64,000 nucleotides of DNA from an uncultured Planctomycetia bacterium. GTDB taxonomy: Bacteria; Planctomycetota; Planctomycetia; Pirellulales; S012-138. This document shows positions 38,060 to 51,901 of this stretch, in pieces (the first letter of the stretch is position 1; each line of letters starts with the position of its first letter). The stretch spans positions 52,985 to 116,984 of the forward strand of contig CAVSWR010000022.1 of NCBI GenBank assembly GCA_963731685.1, written 5' to 3'. The notes beneath the pieces are model-generated. The model was not told the origin of the DNA, made no database searches, and was given only the letters and a program-made list of their open reading frames with translations. The translations under genes were made by a program, and so were the position numbers.

Positions 38060-40804
38060 ATGGCAAAACCACTGTCATGGAATGAGATTCGCAGCCGCGC
38101 TGTCGCCTTCAGTAAAGAATGGGCCGGTGTATCTCGCGAGCACGCCGAAGCAAAGACTTTCTGGGATGAATTCTTCAAAGTCTTTGGGCTGACCCGACGG
38201 CATGTGGCCAGTTTTGAGGAGCCGGTCAAGAACATCCGTGGAAGCTACAGCTTCATCGACCTGTTCTGGAAGGGCACGCTGCTGGCTGAGCACAAGAGCC
38301 TGGGTAAAGACCTTGGCAAGGCCCACGCACAGGCGATGGATTACATCCAAGACTTGCAACGGGAGAACCGCGGCGATGAGGCGCCGCAGTATGTCATCGT
38401 CTCCGATTTTGCCCGCATTGCCCTGCACGATTTAGAAGACGGTTCAACCACCGAGATTGCGCTTGCGGAATTGCACGAAAACGTGCATCTCTTCGGGTTC
38501 ATCCCCGGCTACAAGCGGCACAAACTTGAACCGGAAGACCCAATCAATCTCAAAGCCGTCCAGATTATGGGCGATTTGCACGATGCGCTGGAAGCGGGCG
38601 GATACTCCGGACACCAGCTCGAGCGGCTGCTCGTCCGCGTTCTGTTCTGTTTGTTTGCCGAAGACACGGGAATTTTCGAGCGCAACGCGTTCCAGCTTTA
38701 TTTGGAAAACCACACCAGCTCCGATGGCTCGGACGTGGGACCGCTGTTGGCGCAATTCTTCCAAGTGCTGAACACGCCGGAAGATCGACGCCAACCCCAT
38801 TTGCTCGAAGAACTCGCCGCGCTGCCTTATGTCAACGGAGATTTGTTTGCCGAGTCCCTCAGTTTTGCCGCTTTCGACCGCGACATGCGCAACCGATTGA
38901 TGGCCTGCACGCGGTTCGACTGGAGCCGCATCTCGCCGGCCGTGTTTGGGGCCTTATTTCAATCGGTGATGGAGCCGCGCGAGCGACGGCAAATCGGCGC
39001 CCATTACACCAGCGAGCGCGATATCCTCAAGGTAATCGGCCCGCTGTTTCTCGAGGAGCTCAAGGCCGAACTCGACAAAGCCAAGAACGACAAGAACAAG
39101 CTCCGCAAGCTGCACGAACGCCTGGCCGGCATGCGGCTGATCGATCCGGCCTGTGGTTGCGGCAACTTTCTCGTGGTCAGCTACCGCGAGTTGCGTTTGA
39201 TTGAACTGGAAATCCTACGCCGGTTACTCAAGCGGCAAAGAATAACCGACATCGGCACGATCCTAAAACTCGATGTCGGCCAAATGTTCGGAATTGAAAT
39301 CGAGGAATGGCCCGTCCGCATCGCCGAGGTCGCGATGTGGTTGATGGACCATCAAATGAACCAGCGATTGAGCGAAGAGTTCGGCGAATACTTCGTTCGT
39401 CTGCCGCTCAAGAGCAGTCCGCATATTCATCACGAAAACGCGATGCGAATCGACTGGAACGACATCCTCCCGGCGAGCGAATGCACACAAGTATTGGGAA
39501 ACCCGCCGTTCAGCGGCGCCAAATACCAACTCACGCGGCAACGCTCGGAGATCAATGAAGTTAGCGGCAATTTGAAAAATTCAGGTCTGTTGGACTACGT
39601 TACCGGCTGGTACTTCAAAGCCGCACAGTACATCCAAGGAACGGATATTCCCGTCGCCTTCGTTTCGACAAATTCGATTTCTCAAGGCGAGCAAGTCGGA
39701 GTCCTGTGGAATGAGTTGTTCGAGAAATACGGGATATCGATTCACTTTGCCCACCGGACGTTTGCCTGGGAGAGTGAGGCGCGCGGCAAGGCTCATGTCC
39801 ACGTAATCATTCTTGGGTTTGGCGCGCGGCCGTCAAAACAGCGTCTCTTGTATAGCTATGAGTCGATTCGGGGGGAACCTTCTGTCAGTACGGCCACGAA
39901 TATCTGCCCATATCTCGTTGAAGGCCCGAATGTCGCGATCACAAACAGGTCTCGTCCCATTTGTGATGTTCCGGAAATTGGCATCGGCAACAAGCCGATT
40001 GACGATGGGAATTACCTGTTCACCGATGAAGAGAAAGAGGAATTCGTCAAACAAGAGCCGGCAAGCGAGCGATTCTTCAAACGCTGGTATGGCTCCAGGG
40101 AATTCATCAATCGGAATCCTCGCTGGTGTCTTTGGCTCGGCGATTGCCATCCAAATGACCTTCGGTCAATGCCGCTGGCGATGAAACGCGTCGCGGCGGT
40201 GCGCAAGTTTCGGTTGGATAGCGCAAGTGCATCAACACAAAAACTAGCGGAGCGACCCACGCGATTTCACGTCGAGAACATGCCAAAGGGCAATTACCTG
40301 CTGATACCCAAAGTATCATCCGAACGCCGGCGATACATTCCGATGGGATTCATGAACTCGAACGTGTTGTGTAGTGATCTTGTTTTCATTCTCCCAAACG
40401 CGTCGCGGTATCATTTTGGCGTGCTTTCGTCCACGATGCACATGGCGTGGATGCGCTACGTCGCCGGCAGATTGAAATCCGACTACAGGTACTCCGCCAA
40501 ACTCGTCTACAACAACTATCCCTGGCCGCAGCAGCCTACGGACAAACAACGTCAGACGGTTGAAGACGCTGCGCAGGCGGTGTTGGATGCCCGTGAGTCG
40601 CATCCCGACGCGACGCTTGCCGATTTGTACGACCCGCTTTCGATGCCGGCGAACTTGACCAAGGCCCACGCCAAACTCGACCGCACCGTCGACCGCTGCT
40701 ACCGTTCACAACCATTCGCCAACGAACGAAATCGAGTGGAGTACCTCTTCAAGCTATATCAGAAGTTAACGGCGCCACTATTGCCTACCCGCAAACGCAA
40801 GTAA
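38060..40804 (+). CDS. MmeI-family type IIL (IIG) restriction-modification enzyme: fused nuclease, N6-adenine methyltransferase and specificity domain
   Basis: N-terminus MAKPLSWNEIRSRAVAFSKEW.... Nuclease motif D-x12-EHK (SFIDLFWKGTLLAEHKS). SAM motif LIDPACGCGNFLV. Catalytic GNPPFSG. C-terminal ...AKLDRTVDRCY...RVEYLFKLYQKL. 914 aa, comparable to MmeI. G+C is visibly lower than in the flanks. Confidence 0.85.
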   Translation: MAKPLSWNEIRSRAVAFSKEWAGVSREHAEAKTFWDEFFKVFGLTRRHVASFEEPVKNIRGSYSFIDLFWKGTLLAEHKSLGKDLGKAHAQAMDYIQDLQRENRGDEAPQYVIVSDFARIALHDLEDGSTTEIALAELHENVHLFGFIPGYKRHKLEPEDPINLKAVQIMGDLHDALEAGGYSGHQLERLLVRVLFCLFAEDTGIFERNAFQLYLENHTSSDGSDVGPLLAQFFQVLNTPEDRRQPHLLEELAALPYVNGDLFAESLSFAAFDRDMRNRLMACTRFDWSRISPAVFGALFQSVMEPRERRQIGAHYTSERDILKVIGPLFLEELKAELDKAKNDKNKLRKLHERLAGMRLIDPACGCGNFLVVSYRELRLIELEILRRLLKRQRITDIGTILKLDVGQMFGIEIEEWPVRIAEVAMWLMDHQMNQRLSEEFGEYFVRLPLKSSPHIHHENAMRIDWNDILPASECTQVLGNPPFSGAKYQLTRQRSEINEVSGNLKNSGLLDYVTGWYFKAAQYIQGTDIPVAFVSTNSISQGEQVGVLWNELFEKYGISIHFAHRTFAWESEARGKAHVHVIILGFGARPSKQRLLYSYESIRGEPSVSTATNICPYLVEGPNVAITNRSRPICDVPEIGIGNKPIDDGNYLFTDEEKEEFVKQEPASERFFKRWYGSREFINRNPRWCLWLGDCHPNDLRSMPLAMKRVAAVRKFRLDSASASTQKLAERPTRFHVENMPKGNYLLIPKVSSERRRYIPMGFMNSNVLCSDLVFILPNASRYHFGVLSSTMHMAWMRYVAGRLKSDYRYSAKLVYNNYPWPQQPTDKQRQTVEDAAQAVLDARESHPDATLADLYDPLSMPANLTKAHAKLDRTVDRCYRSQPFANERNRVEYLFKLYQKLTAPLLPTRKRK

Positions 40805-40824
40805 CCGCCGTGAACCCCTAACCA

Positions 40825-43800
40825 CTACTTCGCCGACAGCAAAAACGCGATCAAATCCGCCATGGTTTGAGCGTCGATTTGCTTCTCGATCCCCTCGGGC
40901 ATGATTGACAGCCCGGTGCTTTGCAGGGCGTCGATATCCTTGCGCAACACGGTGTCCGATTGGTTCTCACCGCGGCGCAGGGTGACGCTGGTGGCGGTTT
41001 CGGCCGCGATCATGCCGGTCAGCGAGCGCCCGTCGTTGGTCACCAGCACATAGTTGAGATACTGTGGATTGACTTCGCGGTTGGGGTCGAGCACGTTCAG
41101 CAGGATCGTCTCGGGGCCGCGGTTCTTCATGGCGGCCAGGTTGGGGCCGATCTCCTGGCCGACGTCTTGCACTTTGTGGCAGGCGGCGCACACTTTTTTG
41201 AAGGCCAGCTTGCCGCGGGCCGCGTCGCCCGGCAACGAAAGCGAAGCCTGGTAGGCGTCAACCACGTCCTGCCGGCGCTGGAGTTTCACGTCGGCCAGCA
41301 GTTTGTCTGCCTGGGCGCGAATCTTCGCGTCGCGGTGTGCCCGCAACAGTTTGATGCGAGCCGGATCGAGCTGCGTCGGCTTGACTTCTCCCGAGGCCAA
41401 CGCGTCGAGCAGGCCGACGACGCGCTCGGGGCGGGCAAACAATGTCTCGGCCGCTTGGGCCCGCACGCGCGGACTGTAGCCCGACCACGGTTTCAGCACC
41501 AGCGGGGCGACGCCGGGGTCGGCAAACCGCGAAATCGCCGCCAGCGCCGCCAACTGCACTTCGGCCGGCTGGCGGTTGTCGAGCAGTCTGGCCAGCAGAT
41601 CGCGCTGGGCCGCGAACTCGCTCAAGCCGAGCGTGCGAATCGCCTCGGCGCGATCGGCGGTCGGTTTCGTTTCATCCGCGGCCACGCGCCGCGCGTTGGC
41701 CAGCAGGTCGTCGAGAATGGCGCCGGAGTTTCCCTCGGCGGCGGCTAGGGCTTGACGCAACGCCGCGCCGGTCTTGCCGAGTCCTTGGCTCAACTCGCCC
41801 ACCAGCGCGGCGCCCAGCCGTTTGTCGCCCGCGGGCAGTGCGGCCAGCGACTTGAACACCTCGGCGATCGCGTCGCGCTTGCCCCCGGCGCCGATCATCG
41901 AGGCCAATTCCCCCAGCAAGGCGCGGCCCGCGGCGTCTTGGCGCACGGACGCGTCGGCCAGCAGTTGCGAGAACACTTCACCGGCGCCTTGCGACAGCGA
42001 GCTCAGCACGGCCAGCCGCACCCAGGAGTCGCCCGCGTCGCGCTTGGCGATCTTGGCCAGCGCCGCGTTGCGTTGGCCGCCGGAAAGCTCTCCCAGGCTA
42101 AAGGCCAGTTGATAGCGAACTCGCGGGTCGTCGTCGCCCGCCAGGGCGTACAACGCCGATCGCACTTCCGGCGCCTTGGCGGCCAGAGGCTCGGAAAGCC
42201 GCACGGCGTGTTCGCGCACGCGCGGATGCCGATCTTGCAGGGCCGCCAAGATGGTCTCCGCAGTGAGCCGATGCATGCCATCCAAGACGTACAGAGCGTG
42301 CATCCGGCCCAATGGAGAGGCGCCGCCGCGCACGACCTCGCGCAGCGGCTTCAACGCGGAATCGTCTTGCCGTTGGTACAGTAGCCGGGCCGCGGTTTCA
42401 CGCTGCCAGGCGTTGGGGTGCGAAAGCGCGGCCACGAGTTCGGAACTGGCGGCGCGGTCCAAGTTAACGGGCGCCGGCTGTTTGAAGTCTTTGGCGACCA
42501 CGCGGTAGACGCGGCCCCGGTCGCGTCCGCTGGTCAGGTCCAGGTGTTGCTTGATGGCCGGAGGCAGGCTCTTGGGATGCTCGATCACTTCGCGGTACAT
42601 ATCGATGATGTACAGCCCGCCGTCCGGCGCGTTGGCGAACTGCACCGGCCGAAACCAGATCTCGCTTGACGTGAGAAACTCCTTGTGGTCGTCGATGCGC
42701 ACGGCGTCGAAGCCGACGCCGTTGGGACGCAGGGCCTTGCGGTGGACGATATTACTGCCGACGTCGCCGATGATGGCTTGGCCTTTGTACTCCGCCGGCA
42801 GCGCCGTACCGCGGTAGATGGTCACGCCGGTCGAGCCGGTGAAGTAGCCCGCCGCGCGCCGCCGCCTTCCACCGGTCCGCGCACCGTGCCGGCCACGCGC
42901 AGCCGCGTGCGGACAATCCGCCAAGGTTCGACGGGGCTGGTGCGGAAGACCTCCGCCTGGCCGCCGTCCAGGGCGATCATCTTGCGCGGGCTGGGCGCCG
43001 GAAGATACTCATTGCGCCGCAGATAGCGGTCGTCGAACATGACCATCTGAATGTGGACGCTATTGGAGCAGACGAATTCGCGGCCCCAATCATCGAACGA
43101 CAATCCGTGTTGGGCGCCGCCGCTGGTGGCCTCCAACTTGAGCGTGCGCGGATCGAAGGCGAAGTCGCGGCCGCGCAGCTCCACGGGCGCCGCCTTTTCC
43201 GCGCCGCCCACCCGGCGCACGGAACCTCCGGAGCTGCTGGTGGCGCCGTGGATGCGGTTGTCGAGCCCCCACTGGAACGAGTTGAGCAAGCCTTGCACGT
43301 TGCCGCGGCCGAAACCGGTAAAGACCACGTCGCGCTGGTCGGCTTTGCCGTCGCCGTCGGTGTCTTTGCAATACAGAATGTCCGGCGCTACGCCAATGAA
43401 CACGCCGCCGTCATAGCAAATCACCGCGGTGGGCCAGGATAGCTTGTCCACGTACACGCTGCTCTTATCGAAAACGCCGTCGTGGTCGGTGTCTTCCAGT
43501 AACCGCACTTCGCCGAGCAGATCGTCGGGGTCTTCGCTATAGCCGCGCATGCAGACCGCAAACATCCGGCCGCTTTCATCGAACGAAATCGCCACGGGGT
43601 CGACGATGACCGGCTCCGTGGCCACCGCGTCGATTCGCAATCCCGGCAAAAGCGAAAACGTCTTCAGCGATTCACTGGGCGACTTGGCGGGAATCCGAGG
43701 AAGCTCGTCGCTGTAATCGGCCTGGGGATCGGTCTTGCCGGCTGGCTTGGGTTTGGCCGCCGGGCGCGCCTGCTGCTGCGCGAGAATGGCCGTCGCGGCA

Positions 43801-43877
43801 ATCGATGCGGTCAGCAAAAAGCCGACCGCCAAGATCAGATTGGGAATAAACGACGCGTTGCGGCCAGGGGAGGGCAT
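40825..43877 (-). CDS. PVC-type heme-binding protein (membrane-bound dehydrogenase-like beta-propeller + HEAT repeats + C-terminal cytochrome c); frame break ~42850
   Basis: Signal/anchor FIPNLILAVGFLLTASIAATAIL. ...DTDGDGKADQRDVVFTGFG...WRIVRTRLRVAGTVRGPVEGGG | AAGYFTGSTGVTIYRG.... HEAT-like repeats (DPRVRYQLAFSL...). CAACHK heme motif near the C-terminus. Confidence 0.8.
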
Positions 43878-44125
43878 GGAGCGACCTCAATTCGCGGTGG
43901 AAAGTTACGGTGGAGGCAACGGTCGCGGCCGTTGTGTCTTTGAATCGTAACCTGCCGCCGCGTGAGGCTCAACGTAGCGGCCGCCGGGCGGCGCCCGAAC
44001 CGGAGTTTTCCCACTCCCTAAAAGACACTCCCATAGCCGCAGCCCGGCCAACTCTGGAGAAAGCGCGTTGCTCGAACCCAGCCACCCCGCCGCGCCGGCA
44101 ACGAGCTCTTCCCAGACAATGCCCA

Positions 44126-44365
44126 TCAACGGTCGCCGGGCGGCGACGAGAGATTCTCCACTTCCAATTCGCCGGACTTCGCCGCTCCGGTGCGCCGTTT
44201 TGTTCGTCGTGATTTGAAGCGAGGACGGTTTGACTGCTGTTCTTCTGCTTGAAGGCGGTCAACCAATGCGTCAAGCGTTCCGCCAGCCTCCGCCAACAAC
44301 CGCTCACGAACGGCATGCAGTTCGTCAAGAATCGGGTTCTTTGTCATCGTCACTATCTCCGCCAA
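44126..44365 (-). CDS. small protein (putative partner of the PIN gene)
   Basis: MTKNPILDELHAVRERLLAEAGGTLDALVDRLQAEEQQS.... It overlaps the 3' end of the PIN ORF. From memory, small '...NPI(L/V)xE(L/I)...R' proteins accompany this PIN type in other genomes; this is not verifiable here. Confidence 0.4.
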   Translation of the reverse strand: MAEIVTMTKNPILDELHAVRERLLAEAGGTLDALVDRLQAEEQQSNRPRFKSRRTKRRTGAAKSGELEVENLSSPPGDR

Positions 44366-44825
44366 GGAATTCAGATGGGGTACATATCAGCAGTTGCCCA
44401 AATCCGTGGTCGTCCAAGAGGCGATAAATGCGGGGAAGCTCACGGGCGTTTGCAATGTGCTTGCAATTCAGTGTCAGCAGATATTGTACTCCCGCTACGG
44501 CCGCAGCGGCAACATGAAGCGCGTCGGCAGCCGCCTTTGCGGGCATAATCGACGCTTACACAATCGCGTGGGCCAAGGCTCGGACCTCATCATTGATGGG
44601 AACAGTTGGCAGGCCATCGAGCAATTTCAAGCGGTCTGCCGCCGCTGATGGATCGCCAGCCGATGCCTCGTCGATGACAAGCTGCGAAGTAACCAGTTCA
44701 AAGTTGGGTCGTTCGGTAGACCACCAAGCGCGAGCTTGATGCTGGATTGCGGCGATCTGGATGTCCGAACTCGGCCATGCGGTTGCGTGACTGACGATCG
44801 AAGTTTCGATGTAAACTGAGTCCAT
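44325..44825 (-). pseudogene. PIN-domain (VapC-like) toxin gene interrupted by an in-frame TAA
   Basis: ORFs 44556..44825 and 44325..44546 are in the same frame. Reads MDSVYIETSIVS...ALAHAIV * ASIMPAKAAADALHVAAAAVAGVQYLLTLNCKHIAN.... The stop (TAA at 44553-44555) sits where a sense codon (GAA/CAA/AAA) is expected. This is a substitution, not a homopolymer indel. Confidence 0.7.
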
Positions 44826-44915
44826 CGCGTCGTCCTTTCACGACGAACGACTACGCTCACCTGCCGGGCCGGCTGGCGAGACATAAGAGCATGAGAAGCC
44901 GTCATGCCGTCCCGG

Positions 44916-45221
44916 TCAGGCGCCGCGTTTGGTTAGGCGCCGGTCCTCACACGGTCTCAGATGGGTGAAATAACCAACCTCAATGAGCTCCGAGACAGAT
45001 GACTTCATGGCCGCCAGAGCAATCTCTGGGATGACCACGAGCCCAGGTTCTGCCACGAACTGGCCAAATCCAGACCTCATGCGCACCTCGAGTTCCTCCC
45101 GAATCGCATCTGGCTCGTAGAAGTAAACGGGAAAGGATTCACCGTCCACAAACTCGACGAGGACATCCCCTCGATAGCCGTGAGGCGCCATATCTCGTGC
45201 ATCGACGTCGTGGGCAAACAC
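44916..45221 (-). CDS. hypothetical small protein
   Basis: ORF with normal composition (…GDVLVEFVDGESFPVYFYEPDAIREELEV...LIEVGYFTHLRP). GTG start. No recognisable family. Confidence 0.35.
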   Translation of the reverse strand: MFAHDVDARDMAPHGYRGDVLVEFVDGESFPVYFYEPDAIREELEVRMRSGFGQFVAEPGLVVIPEIALAAMKSSVSELIEVGYFTHLRPCEDRRLTKRGA

Positions 45222-45441
45222 AAGCCGCGGGTAGTCCGCGTCCTATCGAAGTGGGATTATCATTCTTCAAACTCCACCTGATTGAGCAACTCCTGGAAGC
45301 GTTCCGGGTGTAGACGTTCTGCCGGCCAAGACGCTGGGTTTTCGCGGTGAGTTTCGCAGTGCCCTTTCTGCCAGCAGCATCTCGAACGCAGCAACAACGC
45401 TGGTCGGATTGTTTTCGATCATGAGCGAAACCTCAAGGCGG

Positions 45442-47112
45442 CTAACGATCCCTGGGCGAAACCGCTTCGCCGCCGGCCCGTGTGAAGAGCGCGCGAAGTC
45501 TGTCGGCCGCGACGGCGGCCGGAATGAAATGGACGCTACCGTCAGCCATCGCAGCCAAGAACCCTTGGATGCGCACGTGACCGAGACCGGCGGATGGGTT
45601 GTTGGGGTCGATTTCCAAATCGTCCGGTTTGGTCCAAATGACCGCGCGGTCCGCGTCGGCTTCCACCACCAGGATGGTGTTGGACGTTCCGTCCAGGATA
45701 TCGGCCATCCGCGGCGCCCTGGGGCCCCCGAAGATCGTGCCCTTGCCGGTGGGCGCCAGATAGTCGGTTTTATCGGATGACGGCAGATTCGGGTTGCGGT
45801 AGACGGTTGGCATTTGCGAGATCAGCTTCCTGTTGTGCTCGCTATCCCAAGGCTCATCGAGGTGGAACTGTTTGTATAGGTTGTTCGCTTCGAGATACGG
45901 CAGCAAACTTACGCGCCAACTCAGCAGTTTTTTCCCTTTGGGATCCACGATGGCCGCCGGCGGGAAATGCCTGTGAACGTCGTGGTAATTGTGCATCGCC
46001 AAGGCGATCTGCTTGAGGTTGTTCTGCGACTGCGCCCGCCGGGCCGCCTCGCGCGCCGCTTGCACGGCCGGCAGCAACAGCGCGACGAGTGTGCCGGTGG
46101 TGGCCATGCCCGCGTCGCTGTCGACGCTCACGCTCACGCGGTCGCCGTCGCGGACCGGCTGCAGACTTGCGAAACTGGCGTCGGCCATCCGGCGGACGTA
46201 TTGCGCCATGGCCGCCTCGACCGGATCTTCCGTGTTCAACTTGCCCTGTTGAAGCTGCGCCAGCAGCGCTTGCCGGGCCATGACCAGCGCCCGTTTGACC
46301 AGGGCTTCGACCTTCTCCGCCGAATCGCCATTGGGCGACACAAACGTTAGCGAGGCCTGCACGGTTCGCTGCACGTCCAACGTGACTTCCAAGGCCGAGA
46401 CGTCGTCGGGCAGCGTCAAAAAGTCGGCCAGAGCCGGCGGCGGCTCCGGCATCGTCGACAGCAGGGCCTTGATGTGCTGGCGAATGGGATCGACGGCCAG
46501 CACGACGAGCGCCTGGTGCGTGTCGTCATGTTTGGCCAGCCGCTGCAAAAGCGCGCTCTCCATGCCCTCGGCCGCCAGAAACTTCGGCAGCGTCAACTCC
46601 GGCGAAACGATCAACGTCCGCTCGTCGGCCACCAGCACGCTGGGCAAATTGCCCGCCGGCGCCACGAGCATCAACTTGCCGCCTTGCCGCGTGGCGCGCC
46701 AACCATTCAACGCGGCTTGAATCCGGTTGCTTTGGAATGGTTTGGCGCCGCGCACGATCGCGCCGTACGTAGGCGCTCCGCCCGCCGGAGGCGCCACCAC
46801 GGCGATGACTTGCTCGACGTTCAGCGGATCGACGCCGACTTTTTGCAAGCCGGCGGCCGAAAAGACCTCCAGCGGCATCGACGCGAACTCCGGCTGCGTG
46901 AGAATACGCCGCGGATGCACAACGACCGCGGCCACGGCGTCCGAGGGAATGTACCGCAAGTCGAGCTTCCCGGCGGAAGCCTCACGGCCGCCAACGCTCA
47001 GCGTCAGGGCCGCCGCTATCGCCAGCAACGCGCGGCGAAGCCAGTGTGAACAACGTGGAAGCCAGTGCGAACAACGTGGCCGAACTCCTTGCACAGATTG
47101 CATGGTTTGCAT
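45442..47112 (-). CDS. secreted protein with a ~430-aa N-terminal domain of unknown function fused to a C-terminal DUF1559 (H-X9-DG) domain
   Basis: Signal-like [24 protein letters not shown]-terminal ...[48 protein letters not shown]...[11 protein letters not shown]...[13 protein letters not shown]...[16 protein letters not shown] 47112 chosen; the upstream part of the ORF looks non-coding. Confidence 0.75.
   Translation of the reverse strand: MQTMQSVQGVRPRCSHWLPRCSHWLRRALLAIAAALTLSVGGREASAGKLDLRYIPSDAVAAVVVHPRRILTQPEFASMPLEVFSAAGLQKVGVDPLNVEQVIAVVAPPAGGAPTYGAIVRGAKPFQSNRIQAALNGWRATRQGGKLMLVAPAGNLPSVLVADERTLIVSPELTLPKFLAAEGMESALLQRLAKHDDTHQALVVLAVDPIRQHIKALLSTMPEPPPALADFLTLPDDVSALEVTLDVQRTVQASLTFVSPNGDSAEKVEALVKRALVMARQALLAQLQQGKLNTEDPVEAAMAQYVRRMADASFASLQPVRDGDRVSVSVDSDAGMATTGTLVALLLPAVQAAREAARRAQSQNNLKQIALAMHNYHDVHRHFPPAAIVDPKGKKLLSWRVSLLPYLEANNLYKQFHLDEPWDSEHNRKLISQMPTVYRNPNLPSSDKTDYLAPTGKGTIFGGPRAPRMADILDGTSNTILVVEADADRAVIWTKPDDLEIDPNNPSAGLGHVRIQGFLAAMADGSVHFIPAAVAADRLRALFTRAGGEAVSPRDR
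47037..47078. repeat. 21-bp tandem duplication (2 copies, 1 mismatch) inside the signal-peptide region of the DUF1559 fusion gene
   Basis: gaagccagtgtgaacaacgtg / gaagccagtgcgaacaacgtg. It encodes [14 protein letters not shown] on the minus strand and is in frame. Confidence 0.85.
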
Positions 47113-47460
47113 CGTAGCGCTCCAGTTGATGAGAACGGTTTGGCGCAAAAAGATTCTTGCGCCGCTTGTGATGGGATGGGGCCTGCGAGCCAATCGCGTC
47201 GGTCCGTTTGGTCGATTCCGCAGCCGGAACGCAAGCGGCGCCAGCCGAAATGCACGCCAGCCGAAGTTATTGACGCCGCCGGAAGGTAAGCGTCCCAAAG
47301 GAGAGGTCATCGTCCCCAAGGGGACGTGCCGTGACCGGCTTTCGGGCGCGAGTATACCGCGCGGTTGGGCAGAAGTCATCAACCCGCAAGTCAGAACCGG
47401 CTGATTTGCCGCCGCCTCGACGCTCGCTTCGCGCGCCCGCTCGGGAAACATCCCCGAGGT

Positions 47461-48901
47461 TTACGCGAGAATAGCGCCGATCGCGCGGCCATGCACGTTG
47501 GTCAAGCGCCGCGCGATGCCGTTGTGGTAAAACGTCAAACGCTCGTGATCGATGCCCAGCAGGTGCAGCACGGTGGCGTGGAAGTCGTGCCAATGCACGC
47601 GGTTTTCGACGGCCTTCCAGCCGATGTCGTCGGTGGCGCCGTAGCTGACACCGTGTTTGAGTCCCGCGCCGGCCAGCCAAACGCTAAAGCCGTATTGGTT
47701 GTGGTCGCGCCCCTTGCCCAGCTCGTCGGCGGCCGATTGCGTGAACGGCGTGCGGCCGAATTCGCTGGTGAACAACACCAGCGTGTCGTCGAGCAGGCCT
47801 CGCCGCCGCAGGTCCTTCAGCAGCGCGGCGGCCGGCTTGTCGATGCGGCCCGCTTCGCGGCCGTGATTCTTGGCCAAGTCTTCGTGCCCGTCCCAGTTGA
47901 TCCGGGGGCTGCCGAAGGCGCCGCCGGCGAAGAGCTGCACAAACCGCACGCCGCGCTCGAGCAGCCGCCGGGCGAGCAGGCAGGACGCGCCGAAGTCGGC
48001 GGTCTGACCGCCGTCGATTCCATACAAGGCATGGGTCTCGGCGGTTTCCTCGTCGAGGTTGGCGACCCTGGGAACGGCCATTTGCATCCGTGCCGCGAGC
48101 CGGTAGGAGTTGATCCGCGCCGCCAGTTCGTCATTCGCGCCTTGCGCCGCCAGATGCCGGCGATTCATGCGTTCCAACAAGTCCCGGCTGGCGGCTGCGG
48201 TTTCGCCAGAGCGTCTTGCCGCCGGAAACAGGTCGTCGATCGGCTCGCCTTGGCTGCGAATGACGACGCCCTGATGCTGGGCGGGCAAGAACCCATTGGT
48301 CCAGTTGATCGAACCGCCGGCGGGCCTGCCGCGCGTGTCGGGAATGACCACGTAGGCCGGCAGTTCGTCGGTCTGGCAGCCCAGGCCATAGGACAGCCAC
48401 GAGCCCAGCACGGGAAAGCCGTTCAGGCGGAACCCGGTGTTTTCCTGAAACGTGGCCGGCGTGTGGTTCGACGTCTCGGCGAACATGGAGCGGATGACGG
48501 TCAGCTCATCGGCCATTTCGCCCAGGTGCGGGAATAAATCGGAGACCCACAGCCCGCTTTCGCCGCGCTGGCGAAACGTCCAATCGCCCTTTCGCAACAG
48601 GCCGATCTTGCCGAAGAAGACGTCGGGACGCTCGTCGCTCACCAGCGACTTTCCGTGCAACTTCGCGAGTTGCGGTTTGTAGTCGAACGAATCGACCTGG
48701 CTCAGGCCGCCCGTCAAGCAGATGTGAATCGCCCTCGCGGCCCGCGGCGCACGGTGCGGCGGAGGGTCGTCGGCCTGGCTTGGCACGGCCGCGGCGCGCA
48801 GTTTGCCGTCGCGGGCCAGCAGCGTCGTCAGCGCCGCGCCGCCGAGGCCGAATTTCACCCAGTCGAGCCACTCGCGGCGGTCGATAGCCGGGGAGTCGGA
48901 A

Positions 48902-48912
<11 letters not shown>
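47461..48912 (-). CDS. DUF1501 (sulfatase-like) protein with Tat-type signal
   Basis: ...DRREWLDWVKFGLGGAALTTLLA...AIHICLTGGLSQVDSFDYKP...NWDGHEDL...GRDHN.... The start overlaps the upstream gene's stop by 11 nt, which is the classic planctomycete pairing. Confidence 0.9.

Positions 48913-51901
<2,989 letters not shown>

Noticed and set aside
36615-43877. Treating sthA and the PVC-type heme protein as components of a defence island together with the helicase pair and the MmeI gene.
   Set aside because: Both are well-defined metabolic or respiratory-type genes at host G+C. They are more likely the conserved backbone between which the MmeI gene was inserted.
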